From contig FLMG01000277.1 of the NCBI GenBank assembly GCA_900088475.1, positions 1 to 64,000 on the forward strand: a stretch of 64,000 nucleotides of DNA. The letters are read 5' to 3'. Below the pieces are notes generated by a model that saw only the letters and a list, made by a program, of their open reading frames with translations, searched no databases and was not told where the DNA came from. Shown here one piece after another: positions 1 to 12,218 of this stretch. The DNA comes from Hyphochytrium catenoides (Eukaryota; Protista; Hyphochytriomycota). Numbering within the stretch: position 1 is the first letter of the stretch; each line of letters begins with the position of its first letter. The position numbers and the translations under genes are program-made.

Positions 1-1749
1 CCTTTTGTCTACAGCGCCTTGTTCTACGCCTTCTCCTATGCCTTCTTCGCTTGAGGTGGATGCAGGAGTGGCAGGGTCTGATGAGAGCGCACAACCAAGC
101 AGTTTCAGGTTGTTACGCTTGCCCTTGCATCTCTCTACGCATACTGTTCCCTTCTCCAAGTCCGCCGCTGATGTTTGCGGTGAACTGATCTCACTAGGGA
201 CCTAAGTAGGCGAAGGAGGAGTGCCTTCTTGGAGCCAAATATCGCCGCGGTCTCAGAAGAAGCTAATAATCTGCACAGCTGTACAATGACCTCTCTACTG
301 GGCATCGACTGTCTAATGCTACTACAGTAATAGAAAATGACCCTCAAAGTCTCTGTCGATAGGTCTGTCAATGGCACTGGCTGCTTGTGATGACGAGTGC
401 AGGGAGCAACCGCAGGTGAGTGAAGCAAAGATTCAAGACCATTGTGAGGAGAGGATAGAGGACGGGCAAGCACGCAGACGGAGGTTTTGGAGCGAAGAGG
501 ACAGAAAAATGGACATAGAGTCAGAAGGAGATGGAAAGACGAGGACAGAGGACGGAGAGAAGAGAAAGAGACATGGAGGAGAGACAGAGAAAGATAGAGA
601 ATTAAAATAGGCCAGGGAGAGACAGAGTGGACCAGAGAGCGAGAGCGAGTCCAAAAGAGCCTCCATTTTGCAGTGGCATCACTCTATCCTTCTGCCAAAC
701 GGTGTGCGCGACCCATGAGCTGAAGACCGTCATTCACTGCTACCATAGAGGTTATCATGACACACGACGCTTTCGACTCGTTGTCTAGTGCCTCCACTCA
801 GAATTTTTTCCTCCCTCTCAGCCACCGTCTTTTCTTACTACTCTGTCTGCCCATTGCCAATCCTCTGTCTTTCCTACATATGTCCTACCCGTCATCAAGC
901 GCTGCAGGATTAATTCCTGCCGAGGACAGCGCTGCATGAAAAATAATATCACCTGTCTCAGGAAGTTATCCCTTCTAGGAAAGCGTAACCATTTCCTTTA
1001 TGTATTACTACGTCTCTCTGGTGCGGCGGGTGATGAGCTGTATAGCCTAAGATATTTCTAATAAACAAAATTTACCCTTATTATTGTGGAGGTTTGGGAA
1101 GGTTTTTCTCTCCAGTGAAGTATTATTTTCTTGTAAGAAAGGCCCGAGCATTAACAATCGCCTTCTTAGTCTGTTTGAACTGCAAGAGTGTATTTGGGAC
1201 AGTGGGTAGCACCTAGCAGAACAGCACCTAAGAGAGAAACGTACAGTAGCCCTATAGAGTAGAACTATGACTGCTCCGTGCTTTGATGATCCTGGATGGC
1301 CCGAGAGGATCCAACAGAAACCCAAACATCTCTGATGCAGCCTTTCAAAGTGAGTCACTCTCTTCACTACTGATCAGCTATAAATATAGCGAGGATGAGA
1401 TGTCGCTATCAGCCCTACTTGAACGTCTGCATGCAATAGCGAACACTGGAGAGTAACGGAAAGGAAGAGAGTAGCTGGGCGATCCACCACAGAAGTATTA
1501 CGGACAGATTTTGACAGGAAAGGACAGGCACTGGACAGTTCATCAAGCACTAACATGCTGCGAACTTATTTTGTATGTACTGACCGGATGAGGTCGTTGA
1601 TTTCAAAGCTTAGCCTTGCTTCATGGTAATTGCTGACATCAAAGTTCCCTGCTTCTCATTGGGCGGTATGGGTATGGCGTGGCCATGCAGGAGTTGAGCA
1701 GCTACCGATAGCGACATAAGAGTGCCAATAATAAAAAGGGACTGAGATA

Positions 1750-2035
1750 ATGGGCCTTGACGGTCACAGGGATTGTACTTGTAAACGGCGCTTGGTGATA
1801 GCAGTAGCGGTGGTGGTGTTGCCACTTTCCGACAGTAGGGAGAATCTGAGTGCTCGATATCCCCATTCTGAACCTTTTTATTCTTCGCCTCACAGCCCCG
1901 CCACAAACAATGCAGCAACGGAGAAATGACGATTTCTATTATGCCATTATGTGGACCCCAGAAAGGACAAGACGAGGGCTGAGGAAGGAGATGAAAAAGG
2001 CAAACTTGAAGAAAGCCTGGAGAGAGCGCGGCTAA
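1750..2035 (+). CDS. Possible spliced microprotein (~74 aa) with a short hydrophobic stretch and a basic tail
   Basis: ATG 1750; GTAGGG...CACAG intron 1835-1895 joins in frame: MGLDGHRDCTCKRRLVIAVAVVVLPLSD/TPPQTMQQRRNDDFYYAIMWTPERTRRGLRKEMKKANLKKAWRERG*. No homology recognised. Confidence 0.2.
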
Positions 2036-3510
2036 CATCGTCCCCATGCTCAGTAGTTCCAAGCATGGCTAGTGCCCTATCAAGGAGACAGCTCCGCGGT
2101 CATTGTCATACACAAGCGCAGCCAATGCAATGGCCATTCTGGCCTTTGTCAGCCGGTGTGGAGGCTCCATGGACTTTAGCCAGACCAGATCAGGGTCAGC
2201 AGAGGCAGCAGCGGGTGAGACGGTATTCGTGGCATAGGTCCATGAGAGAAGATGAACAGACGGCAGCTCCATCAGTGGGTGAAGAAGAGAATAATGACGT
2301 GCGCACTCCTAAAAAGGGAGACCTCCGGGGAGACAGTCTGAAAAGGGACGAAGAAAAAAAGGAATAGAAAAGGAAGGGAGAAGAAGAAGATGCTGAGAGG
2401 GAAAGGGTCCGCCAAGAGAGAAACAACCGGCAAAGCACCCCAACATTGGACAAACTGGCCGCGGTCTTTCTGCGGCTAATCGAAACTTGTGATTGTGGAA
2501 GAAAAGGTCACGCCCACAGCGGCCGCGACAGAGTTGGCGGCCCTCAAATCTCAGAACACATCAGGTTTAGAGAGTTCAGCGTTAGGACCAAATGCAGTCT
2601 TAAACTCTTTGAGCTATTCAAACTATTGGCTGCACGATACGAAGGCACGATAGAGAACGAGAGAAGCAGTCAGCACGGTGGATCCCTCTCGCCTGAAGAG
2701 GGTTGTGGTGGGTCGCACAACATCGGGCGGGTGAAAAAGCTCTATCTGAACTGGTGCTATCGAGACTGCCCAGACTACTGGCCTCAGCTTCTCATGTCTG
2801 ACGGGTGTAGAGAAGTCCGATCTGCGAACTCCAATCTCAGCAGAACCTCTGCTGCTTGCTTTCTTCTGCCAATAATATTTTAAAGGGTTCTGTTAGTGTG
2901 GAAGTCTGTCTTTTGCTAGTAAAGTGAGTTTCGGCCCCTTATCATAAACGGCCGTTGTTCTGGCACTCCATAAACTATCTTCGGGTGAGGAGTCTTGACC
3001 CTATCATTCCCAGGGATGGCAACCAGCGCCACCTTAGTTATTTCTGGGGTATTTACCGTCTGATTCTTTAAACTCCTACCAGAAACCTTACCTTCGGCAA
3101 AAATCCGCTACAAGCTCATCCTAACGTCCAAATTTGCGCACTGAAGCCGTTGCGGGGGCCCATTCACAGTGAATCAGAGATTGGGACGGCTTCTCATGCT
3201 GCCCTCGGCCCTGGGCCATCCAAGAACAATAACAGCCGCTCAGCCTTGTTTCAGTGTTGCTCTTGAGGAATCTGCTTGAGGGAAGGAGGACTGCATGGTT
3301 GACGACGGGGGAATAAAGCCAGAGGAGCAAGGGAGCATAATGAGAGCTAGATGAGAGCTTTGCCAGATCTCAAGCAGCAGACGTCCTAACTCACCTGACG
3401 GCTGTCAGGGGGTCCGGCTCTCCAAGAACGCGGAGGCCTTACTTACTGCCGCGGAAGCGGGATACTCCAGCACTGTTGCAAGCTCTTTCTTTCTTTGCGG
3501 ACCCGAGACC

Positions 3511-5156
3511 ATGGCGATCTTAGATTGTCAAACAAAAGCAACAAGGATCAAGTCCATTGGTTTAGTTGTGCTGACCATCCAGAACAGCGCTTCTGCACTT
3601 GTCCTCAGACTATCAAAGTAGGTAGTCCACGGTTCCTGCCACAAGCATGTTGTCTCCAACTGCTGTTTTAACAGCTTCGATCTATCTTCTTCTTTGAACC
3701 CTAGAACTCAACCAGCGGAAGGAAACAAGGGTTATTATCTGTCGAGCACCGCTATTGTCACAGGCGAGGCTCTCAAGGCATTGGTTTGCGCCATTGTAGT
3801 ATGGCAGGTAGGTCCTTACTCCGCACTCCATTCAGCCTGCAGTGGATAGAAGAGTTCTACCTTGCAGTGGATAGAAGAGTTCAACGATCGACTAACCCTT
3901 TATGAACTGTTGGCTCTCAACCTTCATCTGCAGCATGAGAAAGAGGCAAGCGGCAGCATTCTCGAAGGCTTGCAAAGAGTGATTCCCATATGTCTGGGAG
4001 ATGCGAGAGAACTCCTTCGCATCTTGGTCCCGTCCTTATTGTACCTCACACAGAACTTTCTGCAATATTACGCAATCTCAAATCTCCCCGCAGCCACCTT
4101 CCAGGTAATGGCGTCAGACCTCATATCCCCTTCTGAATATGGCTGAGTACGAGCTAACTCATTTCCTGCTCTCTCTATGTCTCCAACGCCTGTGCATCTC
4201 TGCGCCGGGAACTTTAAACTTGTACCTCTTTCTTCCTACCATTTCGAACCGATTCCACGTCTTCCTCTTATCGTCTGCTACCTGCTGCCGCTTCTCACTG
4301 ATTACCGGCACTTTAGCTTCTTTGCCAGCTAAAGATCTTGACGACTGCCATATTCTCCATTCTCTTGCTCAATCGGCAAATTAGTCGGCTTCAGTGGCTG
4401 GCTCTCTTCATGCTGATGGCGGGAGTCGCCACCATTCAGATGGATAGCAGCGGTGGCTCAACGAGCTCTCAGGCTGTAGTGCAAGGACAGAATATGGTTG
4501 GCGGGTTGATTGCGGTTCTTTTAATGTGCTGTTGCTCCGGATTTGCGGGGGTTTATACTGAGAAGATCTTGAAGGGCTCGGACACCTCTTTATGGGTTCG
4601 CAATGTACAGATGGGTGTGATTAGCGGCTGCGTAGGCCTCATAGCCATCTACTGCAGCCCCTCAGAGCGCGCAAGCATAGCAGACAACGGCTTTTACTTT
4701 GGCTATAATGCGATTGTCTGGTTCAGTGTATTCCTTCAGGGCCTAGGTGGGCTTCTAACGGCGCTGGTCATGAAGTATGCGGACAATGTCATTAAAAGCT
4801 TCGCCACATCAATCGCCGTGGTGCTGACAGCAATCGTGTCTATCTACCTCTTCGGCATCTACCCTAACCAATGGTTCGTCGTGGGTGCGTCCCTGGTCAA
4901 CTCTTCAGTGCTGCTATTTAGCAACCATCAGCAAGTCTCGGCTTTCCTGGTATCAGCAGGGTGGGGTACTCTGGCAGAACCGACGAAAAATTACAGCGCC
5001 GTGCCAACAAAAGAATCGGAAGCGGAGACCCTGCACATGCTTGCGGATGAGAATGGTGATCAAAGCAACGATAACATCGGTATAGCAGTACGAAAGGCAT
5101 CCATCTCTCACAGTCCCGATATCCACGATCGCAAGACTCGAGAGCACCAAGCGTGA
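3511..5156 (+). CDS. Golgi nucleotide-sugar transporter, SLC35A family (UDP-galactose/UDP-GlcNAc/CMP-sialic acid type), multi-exon
   Basis: Exon 1 MAILDCQTKATRIKSIGLVVLTIQNSASALVLRLSK; YYLSSTAIVTGEALK; LVPSLLYLTQNFLQYYAISNLPAATFQ/LLCQLKILTTAIFS; SGFAGVYTEKILK; SLWVRNVQMG; VMKYADNVIKSFATS. These are SLC35A hallmarks. Three GT-AG introns. Confidence 0.95.
3838..3882 (+). repeat. 20-bp direct repeat inside intron 2 of the transporter
   Basis: TGCAGTGGATAGAAGAGTTC at 3838-3857 and 3863-3882. Confidence 0.85.
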
Positions 5157-5664
5157 GGGACAGATGTCGATTCATCCGGGACATCCAGAGCAATAGTAGA
5201 AACACTCTCCTAACCCTTAGAAAAGTGGAGCTAACACTAGCGTGATGGTGGTGGGTGGCAGAAACTTTGTGGCTTCTTCGGCTTTTAGTCTTGCCGCCAC
5301 AAGAAGAAGCGCAGTAGTGTTGACAAACTATAGTCTTATTCAGCCCCGTATATAAAATCTTGGAGGATGCATCATGCACTCTGTTCAAAATTACGTTCGA
5401 CGTACGACTGTCTTTTATCATTAGGCGTTCAGGGGCACTGAACCTCCTAGGAGGGGCCTGACGAGGTTGAGGTTAAGAATTCCAGAAAGCTCAGGATGAG
5501 GCAGACCGTGCTTTCGTCATCAGTTTGGCTGGCGCCAGGAGGGTCATCCTTGGTCGTTGCCCCTTTGTGAAGGATCGTAAGCCAGTTATCTAGAGAAGAC
5601 CCCCGTATCATATATCAGCGGGTCACTAACATAAACTAATATCAATCACGAGGTTGTCCTGTGG

Positions 5665-6966
5665 CTAGCGCCGGCTATTACTACTTCCAGCTCCACCTTG
5701 TTGAGCACGGTTGCAGCGGGTGAGACGTGTGTGGATCTTGTTCATGAGCTCAGGGTTCGAGACATAATGGAAGCTGATAGAGGAGTTAGAGAAATAGTCT
5801 TGGCCATTCGTGTGATAAATGCCAAAAGGCTTCGTGTACCGGACATGCCAGTTCACAGGAGTATCTTCATATGACAAGGAATAGTGACCCGCTGGGTTGT
5901 ACCAGTGGAAACGCTCCCTCATATCCTCATCTCTTGAGTCCTCAGGATATATGAGCAATTTACTCAGACACCAGCCAATTAAAAGATCCTCAGGACAGTT
6001 GTCCATCCCGAACGGCCAGTTACCGTTTCCCAGTTTGCACTTTCCCTTCGACTCTATCTCCGAGTGAGAAGGAAATCCTTCCTGAACAAGCTTCTGCAAA
6101 GCAGCTTTGTTCATGACATAGCCCGCACCTCCTGACGTGTAGATATGGCTAGAGCTAGGAAGGGCAAACCGTCTGCCAGTGTACTTGGGTGACGAGGGCA
6201 GTTGGGCGTACCGCTGAGAAAGAAGCAGCTTTCTGAGGTTGTCTACGATGACGTATGCATCGTCGTCCGCCTTATAGATCCAGTCAAACTCCTCTCGGTA
6301 CCTTTCCCAAGCGTAATGGAAGGCCCAAATGACCTTATAATGCAGGTTCTTGTAGGTGTCAGGCACTGATTGCTGGGTCTTGACCGTAGGTAGAGCAGGA
6401 TCGGTTTCATTGCTGATAAAGAGGAGGCGATCGCAATCTGCGCCCCAAGTTTCTTTGATTCTCTTTGCCCGTGCGTGGTTCTCTTTGTTAGTCGTAAAGA
6501 CAAGGCAGAGTATTCTCGGCTTCCTTTTCTCAGCCCCGTTCCAAACGTCAATCACATCTAGGGCCATTGCTGTGTGGTCTCCCCCGTAAACCCTGCACTC
6601 GGGACTGCGGTGGGATCGTGTAGATAGCTGGCCATAGCTTGAACCCATTGAAATGAAAACGACCCATCCTAGAAGGAGCATGCCCACACCAGTTAGAAGT
6701 CCGATTAGACGTTTATGCGAGAGTGATAGTCCTAAGAGCCGAGCAAGGGCTTGCCGTTTCTGCAATGTTATCGCAAAGAAGCTCTTCCTATCGCTAGTAC
6801 CGAGCGGAAGTAGCTGCACTTTCTCAACGTCTTCTTCACCTCTTTCCTTTTGCTTATGATTAGCGGCGGAAGTCCTGTTATTGGTCCTTAGCCCAAGCTC
6901 ATCAGGGACATCTCTCCGCCTACTAGAGGTTGGAGAAAGAGAAGATGGGACTTCCATTGGAGGCAT
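5665..6966 (-). CDS. GT31 family beta-1,3-galactosyltransferase, core-1 (C1GALT1/T-synthase)-like type II membrane protein, intronless
   Basis: 433-aa ORF with an N-terminal TM segment, RILCLVFT, IKETWGADCD, FDWIYKADDDAYVIVDNLR (DxD), YTSGGAGYVMNKAAL, EDLLIGWCL, DSRDEDMRERFH and SISFHYV. Confidence 0.92.
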   Translation of the reverse strand: MPPMEVPSSLSPTSSRRRDVPDELGLRTNNRTSAANHKQKERGEEDVEKVQLLPLGTSDRKSFFAITLQKRQALARLLGLSLSHKRLIGLLTGVGMLLLGWVVFISMGSSYGQLSTRSHRSPECRVYGGDHTAMALDVIDVWNGAEKRKPRILCLVFTTNKENHARAKRIKETWGADCDRLLFISNETDPALPTVKTQQSVPDTYKNLHYKVIWAFHYAWERYREEFDWIYKADDDAYVIVDNLRKLLLSQRYAQLPSSPKYTGRRFALPSSSHIYTSGGAGYVMNKAALQKLVQEGFPSHSEIESKGKCKLGNGNWPFGMDNCPEDLLIGWCLSKLLIYPEDSRDEDMRERFHWYNPAGHYSLSYEDTPVNWHVRYTKPFGIYHTNGQDYFSNSSISFHYVSNPELMNKIHTRLTRCNRAQQGGAGSSNSRR

Positions 6967-9900
6967 GGTTCACAGTGAGCCACAGCTCACAGCACCAATA
7001 AAGGAGGGGCGATCTTCTCCCTGATCGCAAGCAAGTGCTGTCAGGATGGTGTTGATAATATTCGCTCAGGCCTTTCTTGGTGGGGAAAGAGCTGACCTTC
7101 TTCCTCGGCTGTCGTCGGCACAAACCTCAACCTCAGACAATGCTGCTTTCTTCTCTAGCTGCTGATTATGAAGAAGGCTCTGATGCACAACATTATAGAA
7201 AGAGGAGAGGAGCTGGGAGCAAGAAGATCAAGAAGAAAAATCGATGAGGATAACCTGGTAACGTAGACAAGATAAAGCGAGTCAATGCTGCTACTTTGTG
7301 GCTTGTCATTTATAAGATGACGGGGCGCAGCATCTTGAGGCACCACATAGTGAGCGGCAGCACGGTGGCCTCATCAAACTATCATCAGCAGCAAGGAACA
7401 AACGACAGAGGTCAAAAGCTGCTGCTAACAAGCAATGACATTAGTTCTATAGTCTTCCTGGTGGTGCAGGACTAGCAAGCAGGAAGCAAGAAAGCAGAGG
7501 CGGCGAGCGGATCAGAGTGATGATGATACGGCACGGGGCAGGACAGAGGACCAGGTCCTCGGGTGAGACACAGCTGAGCATGGTCCATCAGTCCATCAGC
7601 CGTCATGATGCCTTTCCTCCCAAACTTATTATTGAAGATTCACTCTCTCGACCTCTTGGCTCTCGGTCTCTCAGTGTTCACTCATTCGTCGTAAAAAACA
7701 AAGGCATTACCGTTGTCTCTAATATCTCTTTGACTCTCTGTCTCGTTCCCGGTTCCTATCTTATTACTCCCTGCTGGCCCCCCATTTCCCCCCCCCGTCC
7801 TTCCCAATTAGGTTTGCTCATGTCTCTCACTTCTCCACCCAACCCCAACATAATACATTACTCTGGTTGACACCCTTGACGACGCTATTCATCCCATGTG
7901 ATTGTGTGGCAGCTGGCAGCGACCTCCATCACAAGCATATCGCCAGCTAAACAGCGAACGGCGCAACCTCATCATCATCACAAGCACCAGCAGCAGTAGT
8001 AGCACAACCCTTCTTCCTTCTTCTTCTTCTTCATGCTCAACCGGCTGGCATCATCATCATTCAATGTCACGTAATCTGAACGCTCCTCCAGTCTCCTGGC
8101 GCCGCTACTTTGGAGGTTATCGTTCACTGAGTGTACAAGGCAACGAGTGACAGTCTGAAAAATGAAGCCCTTCTATGGTGACGCTACTGCTACTGAAAGA
8201 GGAGGAGCAGCGGCACCTAGAGACATAGTAGTTGAGCGGTGACGGTGGAGACGCAGCAGGGTACGGTGTGACTGCTATGTTATCACCTTGGCATCACTGT
8301 CCTCTCATCAAGAAGAAGAACGTGTCGCTCGGAGCGTTTTCCTTCTTCTTGTTCTCTAAGGCTTGCTATAATATTTTCATAGAGAATCCCTTCTCCCGTC
8401 AGTCCTAGCTTCTGTGTTGGCCCTCTTAGTAGTGGTGTGTGCTATTACCGTTTACTGCTCAGTCATGCTACTGATGCCTCTTTACTCCGATACGGACGAG
8501 ACGAATCAGTAGCACTGAGGGGCTGGACGTGGGAGACCCGTCAATCTTCTTCACTGTCATCCTTCTACAGTCTGTCGTAGTACAGGGCTATTAAAGGATG
8601 ACGAAGAAAGGACTTTCACAATGTTGAAGCGTGATTATCAGCCTGATGGTCGGTGGCGGTAATAAGCTCCAAGCAGAGCAGAGAGGGGCAAAAGGAACAA
8701 GGGACACTCATGTAGCCATCACTTAGGCCTGTGCTGCTTGGCGAATTATTCTTTAGTTGTTCCACAATAAACGGCTGTTGTCAGAATTGGATGGAATCAT
8801 CTATTGAAGAAGAGGCGGAAGAAAAACGAACCACCGCCCAAAAAACTTGCGCTTGCAGTTCTACTAGGGACCTTTCCCTGCTAACCCGGCGCCGTCCAAC
8901 TCTTGGCCTCCAGAGCATGCGGTGTGAACCTCTTGTCAACTAGCATAGCCCAAAGACGTACCAGCTATTGGCGTTACGACCCAGCTATCACGAGGCTTTG
9001 GCGGGTATTATGGTGGTCATCCATAGTCATGACCCTGATAATGCACTGCTAATCAGCTAAATGCTCCTTTCAGGACGGCGAGGCTGGTGCAGGACGGAAC
9101 GACAACAGCCGCTCGACACAGCACTAATGTAAGCGGACTCGCCACTCCACCCCCAGCTCATCAGAACCTTGACAAAGTCATCCGATATTTGTAAAGAGGG
9201 GGAGGGATAGGCACCGCGCTCAAGGTCCACGAACTGAGAGGAATGGGAAAACCTTCCGTGTGCAACTGGGGATTGCCACCGACCAATCTTAGACGTGAGT
9301 ATTACTGGCGATTACTCCCTGCCGATGCACGCTGCCGCGTCCACATGTTGATCTATCCACCGCATCAACAGGCCGGCTCTTCTCATATCTCTACCTTCAA
9401 AAGCTGCTGCTACTAGGGAAGTTGCCAAAGCGGTACTCTACTCTGACAGTCTTACCAGGTTAATGCAGTACTAGAGCCATAAGCCCTGCGGAGAACCAGT
9501 AGCCAAGGAAAATAACTAGAAACTATGCGATATCACCCGGTCTCGTTTGGCAAGCCGCATCGATGGCAACACTTCACTCCCAGGGAATGAGCCCCCAATG
9601 CATAAGCGGTTCACTTTTTTCTATGCACCTTCTTGGCTTGCTAAAACAGCTGGAAAGGTGCTTGCTAGAACAGCTGGAGTCGGAGACGAGGACCCCCGGA
9701 CCCGTCACAGTCACTTTCTCTACTGACGCAGAGAAGGCCCGTCTCGCATCTGGCACTCTCAAATAGGACGAGTATTGCACAAGCATGATCTAGAAGCATA
9801 ACAGCACCAGCTTCCCGAAGTCCTGAGCTTTGCATGCTAGTGAAGGCGCCACAAGGGCTAGAGTGCTTATAGAATAGGGATGGTTAAGGCGCAGGAGGCT

Positions 9901-10036
9901 CGAGAAGACCAGACACCTCAAAAGGAGAGCAGAGAATTCCAGTCTCACCCTCAGTCATCTAACAAAACACCTGCGCCTGCACTTTTTCAAGGAAGAATGG
10001 CTAAATTATCGTTAGTTATAGAAGCTGACTGGCAGC

Positions 10037-10364
10037 TCAGTACCAGTGCATCTTGGCCTTCTCCTCACGCTTGACATCAGCATACGCGATGGTCCCAAAG
10101 ATGACTGTGTCGACAGAATGTTAATGCAGGAACAAGCCAAAGGAGGAAATAGAAAGAAATCAAGGTACACTTACTAACGACAGGAATAGAGGCGTGGAGC
10201 CAGTTTTCCTTGATTTTCTTGAAGGTCTTCTTGTGCCATGTGCGGAGCAGGGGAGCTACTGGTCTGGTCTCGAAAGGTGACAGGTGTCTGGTGATTCTGC
10301 CGTGCTGCATCACTGAGTAGGTGTACCATTTGTACATATTCGGAGGAACCCTGACAGGAGCCAT
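10037..10364 (-). CDS. QCR8: Cytochrome bc1 complex subunit 8 (QCR8/UQCRQ), two coding exons
   Basis: MAPVRVPPNMYKWYTYSVMQHGRITRHLSPFETRPVAPLL...KIKENWLHASIPVV spliced (GTAAGT...ACAG) to IIFGTIAYADVKREEKAKMHWY*. The LSPFE motif, single TM and basic tail are typical of QCR8. Confidence 0.85.
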
Positions 10365-12218
10365 CTTGCTCGATCTGCGTTTATGAGAAACAAAAAGTCA
10401 AAATTGAACGTAGTGAGCACCTGGGTGAAGATAAGTTCTGTCTCTCGGATGTGCCTCCATCTCCCCTCGCCTTTGACCCAGACAACCAAGTACTAGAGAG
10501 CCCCTTAGCTGCAGCAAAGCAGGGCAAAGCTCTTACCTCAGATTATATGAAAGGCTTCACACACACGACAATAGACGTACTGCTCAACGCGGTCAACTGA
10601 AGCTCTGCTTGGAACTGCTAAAGGAGCTCTAACCCCCGATGACACGTGCGAACGCTACTCTTCTTTGTCTCTGTCAAAGTCTCTATTTACAGTACGCCAC
10701 ACCAACGCGCTGACTGACTCCGTAAAACCTACATTCGGAATACTATCTAATCTATCAATGGAGTGTAACTCTACACCTATTACTAGCATTTATTTCCCGG
10801 AGTCTGTGTTGGCTGAGAGGGATTCAGAATCCAATGCGTCTGGATGACCGCATTTTGTTGAGCTCCAGCCGCCTCTGCCGCCCTGAGCTTCTATTATCTT
10901 TTTTAGTGGAAGAGCTCTGTCCCCAATGGCGTGTAGCACGGTCACAGGCCTGGTACTTCAAGGCATTCTGACTATCCTGAGCGGGCAACTAATAGCGCGT
11001 AAGAAGCCCTTGGATCTGGGTGGAAGTCAAGTTTTTTAGAGGGCTTCAAGAGCATTCCGAGACACGGCAAAAGACGACGAACCAGTCAGGCCTGGGGTAT
11101 AAGGTCATTGTTGCAGCTCTATGTGACTCACTACTGGCAAGTGGCTATGGAAGCACGTCATATTGAGCCCTAGCTCCAAACACAAGCATGATGGGACATG
11201 TCTGTCAACCGCGGACGGATGTCAGATCACCCGTCACTCGTCCTTTGTTACCGCAGATCCTTTAGTAAAGGATACCACTCTCTATGGAGATGTGAGCTCC
11301 ATTCGTAGACGTAGGAGAAACATGTCGGTCACTTCCCTTCCCGACCAGCCATCTTCCGTGAGGCCTGCTCTCGGCATCGCAGAATGGTCTTTGGAAGCAG
11401 CTGCCTATGTATTAACTGTTGCGATTATCTAGGGATGCTAACTCGCTCTCAGTCACTTAGTGGAGCCACTGGGTCATCAGACACCAACAGCTGCTCTTGA
11501 AAGGCTTAGCATGACTCAGTATTGGGCTTCCTTATGCGTATTCGCCGCTACAGATTGGGCTAATGATCTACCCGGGTTTACATTGTCGGGAAGAACAGAG
11601 TCATCCTTACCTGGCGGCTAAAGTGCTGGGATAGAGGAGATGCGGACTGCCAGAAAGAGAGAGCGAGAGCGCGTGGATGAGTGAGAAAACACAGAGAGAG
11701 AGGGTGGCCGCTGTAAGAGATAGAGGAAAGAGGGAGAGAGAAAAGGAACTGACGAAAGGATGCACCTTGAGAGATTCAGTACTTTTGAGAAGGGTTGCCC
11801 GAGAGCCAAACAAGTCTCAGCTGCGGGAGAGGAAAGCACTCGGTGGCTACGACAGAGGTGATCGGGTGAAAGCTCTTCTGACTCACAGGACTTAGGGATG
11901 CGTAGTGCTCCCTACTTCTCGCACTTACTACCACGTCTTTCTTCTACCTTTGAATCTTCTAAGCACGCTTAACAAAGTTCTGACAATAGGCGGTTTCTCA
12001 AACGAACAGTCGACTTGCTATTTATAACAGAATAAAGATTTATCAAAGCTACTTTCTTCACTGGCCTATAGACATCGTAACTCAGACTCCACGCACTTCC
12101 TTGTCTTGGTTCCTTTCTTCCTGCTATTTGATCTCTCTTTCCTAGTCCACCTCTTGAGCGCTTGGTCTTCTACGCAGCGCTGACCTACTTTAAATCATCA
12201 CTCAGCTCTTGTTACCAT

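Noticed and set aside
135-473. F-box-like LTDLSTETLRVIFYYC in a minus-strand ORF
   Set aside because: A short match lacking the conserved Pro and the rest of the motif, with no supporting gene structure in the window.
1623-1784. + strand frame interrupted only by TGA codons (selenoprotein?)
   Set aside because: No redox motif, no homology and no convincing SECIS downstream.
3030-3050. Sm-site-like ATTTCTGG
   Set aside because: No U1/U2/U4/U5 signature sequences nearby.
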